Shown here: positions 56,755 through 64,000 of the stretch, piece by piece
How the letters are laid out: each line of letters begins with the position of its first letter
Numbering within the stretch: position 1 is the stretch's first letter
Origin: Treponemataceae bacterium
Lineage (GTDB): Bacteria > Spirochaetota > Spirochaetia > Treponematales > Rectinemataceae
Direction: 5' to 3'
DNA length: 64,000 nucleotides
NCBI GenBank assembly: GCA_963677895.2
Contig: CAXXGJ010000012.1
Coordinates: 67,443 to 131,442, forward strand
The notes under the pieces: model-generated
The model's input: only the letters and a program-made list of their open reading frames with translations
Databases searched by the model: none
What the model was told of the DNA's origin: nothing
Made by a program: the position numbers and the translations under genes

Positions 56755-57975
56755 TCAAGGACCATCGCTAGCCCGCGGCGGTCGAGATGCCTCATTCACC
56801 CTGAGCGCGAGGGACGCGAAGATGGTCAGTCCCCGAGGATGAGGAGGGCGGCGTTGAGGGAGAGATCGGCGATCATGCCCACGAAGGGGTAGAGCAGGGC
56901 TATGAGCACTCGTTCCAGCATTGAAATGCCCGAAAGCACCGTGGCGCGGTTGGAATCCTCGATATGGTCGTTCATGAGGGCCGAAAGCATCGGCGCCCTG
57001 AATAGCCTCAGATTCGTCACGCCGAACATGACGATGAGATCGACGACGATATTCGGAAACAGCCCGGCGCCGATATAGAGCAGGCCCGGTATCAGGGAGG
57101 AGAGGAAGAGGGCTCGGGCTATGCCCATCTTTTTCTGGATGAAGGGCGTCGTCTGCAGGAGCAGCATGGCGCTGAGGTTGAAGGGCCGAGCCGACGAAAC
57201 CGAACCATGCCACGGGTAAGGCGTTCCGCGTGAGCATGGATTGGTAAAACCAGAACATGAAAAACGTGAGAGCGGAGATGGCGGCGTAATTGAGGCCGAA
57301 ACCGCGCAACTCCTTCGTTCTGAATATCTGGAGAAAGCCGTCGATTCCATGCCGCAGGAAGTCCTTGCCGCCGCGTTTTTCCATGGTTTCCCTAACGCCG
57401 AGGACGATGAGGCCGGATATCCCCAGCGCCGCGGCCGTGAATACGAACACCAGGCCCAGGGCTTCCTTATAGGGAACGATGCCACTGCCCGCGAACAGGG
57501 AGCCCAGCGGGAAGCTTATGAAAAGCCCCGCCGTGCCGGCCGATTCATAGCGGGCGAACACGTTGGCGGTATTTTCGGCCTTCCCGTCGCGTTTTATTAC
57601 CTCGTAGAGCAGGGCTTTGTCCGCGCCGCTGACGAGGGTCATGCCCAGGGCGCAGATGAGTTCAGCCACGAGAAGAATCCCGAATGAATGGAATATGCCG
57701 AACATGAGGAAGCCTGCCGCGAGAAAAAGCGATCCCAGGCAGAGGGATATTTTCCTGCCCCATCGGTCGGCGACGATGCCTGTGGGCACCTCGAGGATCA
57801 TCATGGCGGCGGAAAACACCATCTCGAGCGTGAACATCCTGGCATAACCCATTTCAAGGCGGTGGATATAGAAGGGAACGGCCACCGCCCCGAAAAACTG
57901 CAGGCTCTTGAAAAAACTGAAGGCATAGAGCGCGATAATGCCTTTTTTATCCGGCTTCATCCCCAAGCTCTCCAT
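56755..57975 (-). CDS. MFS transporter with two compensating frameshifts (probably sequencing errors)
   Basis: EVPTGIVADRWGRK, SGAD.ALLYE; the hydrophobic C-terminal half (FNLSAMLL...RATVLS) lies in another frame between about 57185 (+1, GGG) and 56831 (-1, CCCC). Confidence 0.78.
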   Translation of the reverse strand: MESLGMKPDKKGIIALYAFSFFKSLQFFGAVAVPFYIHRLEMGYARMFTLEMVFSAAMMILEVPTGIVADRWGRKISLCLGSLFLAAGFLMFGIFHSFGILLVAELICALGMTLVSGADKALLYEVIKRDGKAENTANVFARYESAGTAGLFISFPLGSLFAGSGIVPYKEALGLVFVFTAAALGISGLIVLGVRETMEKRGGKDFLRHGIDGFLQIFRTKELRGFGLNYAAISALTFFMFWFYQSMLTRNALPVAWFGFVGSALQPQRHAAPADDALHPEKDGHSPSPLPLLPDTGPALYRRRAVSEYRRRSHRHVRRDESEAIQGADAFGPHERPYRGFQPRHGAFGHFNAGTSAHSPALPLRGHDRRSLPQRRPPHPRGLTIFASLALRVNEASRPPRASDGP

Positions 57976-57987
57976 GGATGGCGGTTT

Positions 57988-58973
57988 TCAGCGATGGACG
58001 ATGAGGTTGCTGGAATAGGGAATGGCGAGGTTCGCGATCTTCTTCTTGCGGCGCTCGCTGAGGAGCAGCGCCCCGATCACGGAAGCGAAGAGGCTCCCGC
58101 TGAAAATGCCCATGAAGGCCAAGGGTACGTTCTGGAAGGGTAGATCGACGTTCATGGCCGAAGAAACTCGAGATGAGGGTGGGTATCATGAGCACGATTG
58201 AAACTATGGTGAGTCGGCGCATCACTCTGTTGAGATTGTTCGAGATGACGCTCGCGAAGGCGTCCATCGTGCCCGTAAGGATCGAGGAATAGATGTTGGC
58301 CATCTCGATGGCCTGCTTGTTGTCGGTGAGGACATCCTCCAGAAGCTCCTGCTCATCCTCCTTAAAATGGGATGAAGGGAGATTCTCTGCAGCTTCTCGA
58401 GGAGAAGTTCGTTGGTTTTGAGGCTTGTCGTGAAGTAGACGAGGGATTTCTGGACAGACAGGAGCTGGACAAGCTCGTTGTTCTTGACTGACTCCTGCAG
58501 TTCTCTCTCGATGATGGCCGTCTTCTTGTTGAGCTCTTTCAGGGCGCGAAGGTAGCTCAACGCCGCTCTTCCCATGAGGTTGAGCACGAAGGCGCTCTTG
58601 TTCTTCACGCTGAAGTCGCGGATTCTATGCCCCGTCAGATCGTCGAGCACGTCGCTGGAACGCTGGCATATGGTGACGATCTTGTCGCCGAAAAGGATGA
58701 TGCCCACGGGCACCGCGGAATACGTCACTTCCGAATTCTGGTCGAAGACGGGCAGACGGACGATGATGGCGGTGTATTCGTCTTCCTTCTCGATGCGCGC
58801 CTGTTCATCCTGGTCCATGATGTCGGCGATGAGTTCCTGACTGAACTGCCGAAATCTTTTTCCAGCTTGGCGAGGTCTTCCCTTGTTACATTGCGGGCGT
58901 CGACCCAGCAATCCTTCACGATTTCGTCGCTTTGGGAAAGCTTCTTGTCGTCTTGAGTCCTGATTGTGATCAT
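57988..58973 (-). CDS. corA: CorA-family Mg2+ transporter, split by frameshifts near 58845, 58370 and 58157
   Basis: D.DE.ARIE.ED, KSLVYFTTSL..NE, EMANIYS.IL...MDAFASVISNNLN.VM, FFG|MN signature restored by removing one base. Confidence 0.85.
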
Positions 58974-58976
58974 TTT

Positions 58977-59011
58977 GGTTTCTCCTTGGGCGGTAAAAAC
59001 CTGGAGAAACC
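58977..59011 (-). promoter_or_regulatory. Hairpin sequestering the corA ribosome-binding site
   Basis: Minus strand GGTTTCTCC-17 nt-GGAGAAACC-AAA-ATG: a perfect 9-bp stem containing the GGAG SD. Confidence 0.6.
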
Positions 59012-59022
59012 GGTGGGAAGGC

Positions 59023-59124
59023 TTAGAGCCGGAACCGGTCGCCCGCAGGAAGTGCCGCGAGGGTCATTGTGCTGCTACAACTATGATAGGGGGTGCTACT
59101 ACCCCCACCGTCCGGATCGGACAT
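59023..59124 (-). CDS. Putative 33-aa leader peptide upstream of corA (MSDPDGGGSSTPYHSCSSTMTLAALPAGDRFRL)
   Basis: Strong SD AAGGAGGA (59138-59131) 6 nt before the ATG; open frame to TAA 49 nt upstream of corA. Confidence 0.55.
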   Translation of the reverse strand: MSDPDGGGSSTPYHSCSSTMTLAALPAGDRFRL

Positions 59125-59206
59125 GGCGCTTCCTCCTTGGCTCGATATAAGGTCCCCGGAAGGGGATCGGTTCTAGGCACAGTAATAACAGAAAACCGTC
59201 TATCTA

Positions 59207-59983
59207 TCAAGGACAGATCGTCAACTTCCCTTCCAGAAAGTTAAATACGGTACCAAGATCCTGGAATTTGAGACTGGCGGCCCTGTCGAGGTGGGTGGCC
59301 ATGTCGTTGACGATCACCAGTTTTCCGCCGTTCCCGAGGGTGTACTGGGGCAGTGCGGCCGCCGGGTACACGAGGAGGCTGGATCCCAGCACGATGAGGA
59401 GATCGGCGGCTTCGGCTTCGTCGCGCGCCGCCTTCAGCGCGTCGGACGGAAGGTTTTCGCCGAAGAAGGTGATATCGGGCTTGACCGCGGCGCCGCATCT
59501 TCCGCAGTAGGGAATGTCGCCGGCTCGGACTATCCGCGCCGCCTGCTCGAAGGACATCGACCATCCGCAGGCGGGGCAATGGTGGAGGGATGGCGAACCG
59601 TGCACTTCGATGACGCGCCGGCTGCCCGCTTTCTGATGGAGAAGATCGATGTTCTGCGTGATGATGGCGCTCAGCAGTCCCTTGCTTTCCAGGCAGGCCA
59701 GAACTTTGTGGACGACGGAGGGCATTTTATCCTCCAGATTGTAGATGAAATCGCGGGTCGACCCGTAGTAAAAGGAGGGATCGCGGCGAAAAATTTCGAT
59801 GTCGAAGATCTTTTCCGCGTCGACGGTCTTGTAGAGGCCGTTTTTCCCGCGAAAATCGCGGATGCCGGAGAGGGTGCTGACGCCCGCGCCGGTGAATGCC
59901 ACACAGTGGCGGGCGGCCTGGATCATTTCGAAGAATGCCTCCAGGTTTTCGGTCGAGTCGGAATCGATGAAGGATACGCTCAT
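59207..59983 (-). CDS. cobB: Sir2/CobB NAD-dependent protein deacylase
   Basis: FTGAGVST.SGI.DFRG, ITQNID.LH..AG, HGS, C..C...C..C Zn site, KPDI.FFGE, GSSL.VYPAA. Confidence 0.92.
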   Translation of the reverse strand: MSVSFIDSDSTENLEAFFEMIQAARHCVAFTGAGVSTLSGIRDFRGKNGLYKTVDAEKIFDIEIFRRDPSFYYGSTRDFIYNLEDKMPSVVHKVLACLESKGLLSAIITQNIDLLHQKAGSRRVIEVHGSPSLHHCPACGWSMSFEQAARIVRAGDIPYCGRCGAAVKPDITFFGENLPSDALKAARDEAEAADLLIVLGSSLLVYPAAALPQYTLGNGGKLVIVNDMATHLDRAASLKFQDLGTVFNFLEGKLTICP

Positions 59984-60138
59984 GGGCTGATTATAGTGAG
60001 ATGGACCAGGCGAAAAAAGCGTATGCGCGCAAGGCATACGCGTATGGCGAAAAAAATATCGGATTCCTTTCCTTCCTTCTTTGTTTTCCCATCCAGCAGT
60101 GTTATATTCCAGGAAAACGTCCCAGCGGAGGCGAGCCT

Positions 60139-61110
60139 TTGATCACAGTCCAAAACGTCACTAAATCCTATTCGAACGTGCTGGCGGTAGATGGCCTCTC
60201 TTTCGAAGCCAGGCCGGGCGAAATTTTCGGGCTCATCGGTCCCAACGGGGCGGGCAAGTCGACAACGATACGCATGATAATGAACATAATCGCCCCCGAT
60301 TCGGGGCTTATCAGCTTCGACGGCAAGGCGCTCACGGAGGCTGACAAGTCGCGGATAGGCTATCTGCCCGAAGAGCGAGGCCTGTACCGGAAGGCGAAGC
60401 TCGGCGAAGTGCTCGAATACCTGGCCGCCATCAAAGGCGCCGAAAAAGCCGCGGCCCGCGCCTCCATAGACGGCTGGCTCGAGCGTTTTAGCCTGACCGA
60501 GTGGAAAAACCGGAAGGTTTCGGAGCTTTCGAAGGGTATGGCGCAGAAAGCCCAGTTCATCGGCGCTCTCGCGCACAATCCTTCCGTCATTTTCTTCGAC
60601 GAGCCTTTTTCCGGCCTCGATCCGCTGGCTCAGGACGAGTTTTTGGCCGTCATGGTCGAGCTGAAGAAAAAGGGCGCGACGGTGCTCTTCTCCACCCACA
60701 TCATGGAACACGCAGAGAAGATATGCGAGCGGATCCTCCTCATGGACAAGGGGCGGGAAGTCTTCTACGGATCGATGGCCGAGATCAAGGCCAAGTACGG
60801 CCGCAACGCGGTCCAGCTGGAATTCGACGGCGATGGGTCCTTCGTGAAGGATCTCGACTTCGTGGCTTCGGTCAACGCCTATCCGCGATGGATCGAGGTG
60901 GAGATGAAGGAAGGGGTCGATCCGGACCGTCTCTACACGGCGCTGGCCGGTCGTCTGCGCATGCGCCGTTTCCAGACGATCTCCCCGTCCCTGCACAAGA
61001 TATTCGTAAGGCTGGTGGGGGGAGGGGAGGCGCTTGGCACGGAAGTGGAGGGCGCTGAAGGCGCCGTGGGCGCGGGACAGGCGGCGGGCGCGGAGGTGGA
61101 CCATGACTAG
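60139..61110 (+). CDS. ABC transporter ATP-binding protein
   Basis: GPNGAGKST, GYLPEERGLY, LSKGMAQK, FFDEPFSGLDP, STH; TTG start after GGAGG. Confidence 0.92.
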   Translation: MITVQNVTKSYSNVLAVDGLSFEARPGEIFGLIGPNGAGKSTTIRMIMNIIAPDSGLISFDGKALTEADKSRIGYLPEERGLYRKAKLGEVLEYLAAIKGAEKAAARASIDGWLERFSLTEWKNRKVSELSKGMAQKAQFIGALAHNPSVIFFDEPFSGLDPLAQDEFLAVMVELKKKGATVLFSTHIMEHAEKICERILLMDKGREVFYGSMAEIKAKYGRNAVQLEFDGDGSFVKDLDFVASVNAYPRWIEVEMKEGVDPDRLYTALAGRLRMRRFQTISPSLHKIFVRLVGGGEALGTEVEGAEGAVGAGQAAGAEVDHD

Positions 61111-62350
61111 GCTGTTCAATGTCATAAAGCACGAATTCAGGCTCACGGCGGCAAACAAAGCCTATGTCATCCTCACGATTCTCGGACCCTTTCTCATCTT
61201 CGCCGTCACCGTCCTGCCTTCCCTGCTGACCCAAGATCCCGGGAAAATGGCAGGCGGCAAGCCCCTGGCCCTGATCGGCGCTTCCGCTCCCATGCGGAAG
61301 GCCGTGGACGCGGCTTTTTCAGGCATGGGCATAGAAGTTGAGAGCATCGCCGACGACGCATCGTCCCTGGCAGCGTCCAAGGAAGCCGTCCTCGCGGGCG
61401 GCTATGTGGCCTTACTCTCCATCGAGGCCGGCTGGCCAGGCTCAGGCCGCGCGGTATGGTACTCCAAGAGCGGCTCCGAGATCGCCCTCTACGGCAGCGC
61501 CTCCGCCGTCCTGGAAGCCGCCGCGCGCGAAATCCGCATCGTGGAGAGCGGCATCGCTCCCGACCTCGTGGCGAAAGTCCTCGCGGTACCCAGCTTCGAG
61601 GTGGTCAAGCTTGACGCAGGCGGAAAAGAAGAGAAGCGCGGCAACGAATCCTTTTTCGAAGTCCTCATGACGGCCCTCACCTTCGTCATGCTGATCTACA
61701 TGACCGTCCTCCTTTACGGCCAGATGATCGGGCGCTCTGTCGTCACCGAGAAAACCTCCAAGACCGTCGAGATCATGCTCTCGAGCGTCACCAGCCGCGA
61801 CCTCATGTTCGGGAAGATCCTCGGCCTCGGCCTGGCGGGACTCCTGCAGTACGGAATCTGGGTCGCGATGGCTATGCTGCTTACGAAGTTCATAGGCCCC
61901 GTCTTCAACCTTTCGATGCCCGCGGGCGTTTCCGCGGGGAACATGCTCTGGCTCGTCATATTCTTCGTGTTCGCCTTTTTCCTCTACGCCTCGGCCTACG
62001 CGGCCCTGGGCGCCGCGAGCGAGGACGAACAGCACCTCGGCCAGGTGGCCTGGCCTCTCCTCATGTTTCTCATGGTTCCCCTCGTGATGATCAGCAGCCT
62101 CGTCACCAATCCCGATTCGACGGTTTCGGTTTTCCTCTCGCTCTTTCCCATGACGAGCCCCATCGTGATGCTCGTCCGCATCCTGGTGTCGGAACCGCCC
62201 GCGTGGCAGATCGCGCTCTGCCTCGCCTTGCTCGCGGGGAGCGTAGCCGGAATGGCCTTTCTGGCCGCCAAGATTTTCCGGATCGGCATCCTCATGACGG
62301 GCAAAAAGCCCAAGCTCAAGGAAGTCCTGCGCTGGATCATGGTCAAGTAA
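61103..62350 (+). CDS. ABC-2 type permease (NatB-like)
   Basis: YG.MI..SV..EK.SK..EI.LSSV....LM.GKILG; FP..SP..M..R; K.FR.G.L. Confidence 0.88.
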   Translation: MTRLFNVIKHEFRLTAANKAYVILTILGPFLIFAVTVLPSLLTQDPGKMAGGKPLALIGASAPMRKAVDAAFSGMGIEVESIADDASSLAASKEAVLAGGYVALLSIEAGWPGSGRAVWYSKSGSEIALYGSASAVLEAAAREIRIVESGIAPDLVAKVLAVPSFEVVKLDAGGKEEKRGNESFFEVLMTALTFVMLIYMTVLLYGQMIGRSVVTEKTSKTVEIMLSSVTSRDLMFGKILGLGLAGLLQYGIWVAMAMLLTKFIGPVFNLSMPAGVSAGNMLWLVIFFVFAFFLYASAYAALGAASEDEQHLGQVAWPLLMFLMVPLVMISSLVTNPDSTVSVFLSLFPMTSPIVMLVRILVSEPPAWQIALCLALLAGSVAGMAFLAAKIFRIGILMTGKKPKLKEVLRWIMVK

Positions 62351-62369
62351 AATTTACGGCGAATTTATA

Positions 62370-62381
62370 GGGAACGTTCCC
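62370..62381. promoter_or_regulatory. LacI-family operator 1
   Basis: Perfect palindrome GGGAACGTTCCC with central CG, upstream of the predicted -35. Confidence 0.82.
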
Positions 62382-62426
62382 AATTAGCTATTGCGCGATT
62401 TTTAAAGTCGTGCTAGGGTAGTTTTA

Positions 62427-62438
62427 GGGAACGTTCCC
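62427..62438. promoter_or_regulatory. LacI-family operator 2
   Basis: Identical GGGAACGTTCCC 57 bp downstream, 3 bp before the lacI ATG; TTGCGC-17-TAGGGT promoter lies between the two sites. Confidence 0.82.
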
Positions 62439-62441
62439 ACT

Positions 62442-63472
62442 ATGAGTAAACCCAAGATCAGCATCCACGAGGTAGCCCGTCTCGCCGGCGTCTCGAAAAG
62501 CACGGTGTCGCGCGTCGTCTCCGACCGGGGCGGTTCGGTGAGCCCGAAAGCCCTCGAAGCCGTCAACAAGGCCATCGAACAGCTCGGCTACACCAAGAAC
62601 CTGATGGCGGCCTGCCTGCGGACCCAGAAAACCTACATGGTGCTCGTGATGGTTCCCGACATAGCCAACCATTTCTGGTCGGAAATCGCCCGGGCCATCC
62701 AGGACAGGCTGGAGGCCGAGGGCTATTCGGTCGTCATCGGCTCCACCGACTGGAGCGAGACGCGGGAGGCGCGCTACTACGAGCTCGCGCGCTCGTCGCG
62801 TTTCGACGGTCTCATCCTCAACAGCGTCACCGACAATATCAGCCTCATCAAGGATATCGGCGTTCCGAGCATCATGATCGGCGAACGCAGTGCCACGCAG
62901 GACATCCGACACGGTGGGCACCGACACGATGTCGGCCGCTCGCCTGGGCTCTCGATTATCTCTACGACACCGGACATCGCCGCATAGCCCTGGCCACGAG
63001 CGACCACGGCGGCGAGCGCTATCTCTCGCTGCGAAGCAGGGCATACAAAGATTTCCTGCGCGACAAAGGGCTTCCCTACGATCCCGACCTCGTCTTTTCG
63101 GTAAATCTCGACGAAGAGGGCGGCAGGACCTTGGCCAGGCATTGTCTGGCCCTGCCCGATTGGCGCCGCCGAGTCGATTCGCTGTTCTGCGGCAACGACA
63201 TCGTCGCCATAGCCGCGATGGGCGAATTCAGGAAATTCGGGATTATTCCCGGCATCGACATTTCGATCGTCGGCATGGACGACGTGCCGGCGGCCGCGCA
63301 GACCTATCCCTCGCTCACGACGGTGAGGAAGCCGCGGGGGCGGATCGGGGCGGCGGCCGCCGAGCTTTTGCTCGCGAAAATGAAAGAACCCGGCAGACCC
63401 GCCGAAAAGCACCTGTTCCCCGGCGAACTCATCGTCAGGGACAGCGTCGTACAAAGGAAGGAAGAAGCATGA
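62442..63472 (+). CDS. LacI-family transcriptional regulator with two +1 frameshifts near 62907 and 62950 (probably sequencing errors)
   Basis: SIHEVARLAGVSKSTVSRV; after correction DTVGTD...LDYLYDTGHRRIA; FCGND.VA, PG.DISIVGMDD, PSLTTV, L.VRDS. Confidence 0.87.
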
Positions 63473-64000
63473 AAACCAGAGCTGAAGTTGTCGCCGACCG
63501 CGCCGGCTATGAATCCAGGGCCGCGGGCGCCCTGATAGGGCTTGCCGTGGGCGACGCCGTGGGCGATCTCGGTAGGAGCCAGGAGCACAGGAACCGCTAC
63601 GGCCTGATCGTGCGACTTCTCGACGATGGCAAGAGCACCGACGACACGGAATTCGGCGTGCTGACCGCGCGCGCCCTCCTGGACTGCCGCGGCGCGCTGA
63701 CGCCCGCCAAGACGGCGGAAGCCTGGCGGAAATACATCATCGGCCGCGGCGGCGCGAAGAAGCGCGCGGGCCGGCCCCTCTATGGAGCCATCGAGAACCT
63801 CGGTCGCGGCATGGAGCCTCCCTTCACCGGCAAATACAATGTGATGAACATAGACGACGGCGCGGCGATGCGCGCCACGCCCCACGGGATCCTGAGAGCG
63901 GGCGATCCCGACGGAGCCGCCGAACTCGCGGCCGCCGACGCCTGCGTTAGCCATGACGCCGACGGCATATGGGCGGCCCAGGCCCTCGCCGCTAGCGTCG
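63469..64000 (+). CDS. ADP-ribosylglycohydrolase-family protein (partial, runs off the window)
   Basis: Hand translation: GALIGLAVGDAVG...STDDTE...DDGAAMR.TP.G...VSH; ATGA overlap with the lacI stop. Confidence 0.88.
   Translation, partial: MKTRAEVVADRAGYESRAAGALIGLAVGDAVGDLGRSQEHRNRYGLIVRLLDDGKSTDDTEFGVLTARALLDCRGALTPAKTAEAWRKYIIGRGGAKKRAGRPLYGAIENLGRGMEPPFTGKYNVMNIDDGAAMRATPHGILRAGDPDGAAELAAADACVSHDADGIWAAQALAASV

Noticed and set aside
59207..59983. Sir2 as an anti-phage defence effector
   Set aside because: Canonical Zn-binding CobB-type deacylase of normal length with no defence partner genes nearby.

Overview
GC-rich bacterial chromosome segment, most likely from a free-living spirochaete (Spirochaetota). 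That assignment is an inference from the comEC-rsmA synteny, the many spirochaete-style lipoproteins and the FadL-like barrels. The window holds about 50 genes and one tRNA-Lys(TTT); I saw no integrase, transposase, rRNA or CRISPR array. Housekeeping and metabolic content includes ABC binding proteins, an ArsR + P1B-ATPase metal-efflux pair, RecQ, GH5, a 2-oxoacid:ferredoxin oxidoreductase, several RNA-modification enzymes, CorA, a sirtuin, an ABC exporter and LacI + ADP-ribosylglycohydrolase. Four things stand out. (1) An ~18-kb cell-envelope cluster (37065-55217) built from repeated 'predicted beta-barrel + secreted/lipoprotein partner' pairs, centred on a ~2580-aa Ig/PKD-repeat protein with no recognisable export domain. 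(2) An NqrBCDEF/Rnf-like operon lacking NqrA/RnfC/RnfB, followed by two coupled unknown genes. (3) An unannotated 33-codon uORF plus an SD-sequestering hairpin in front of corA. (4) Several genes with a leaderless-mRNA signature. Frameshifts in rsmA, an MFS, corA and lacI look like sequencing or assembly indels. All product calls come from motif recognition by eye; no database search was run.
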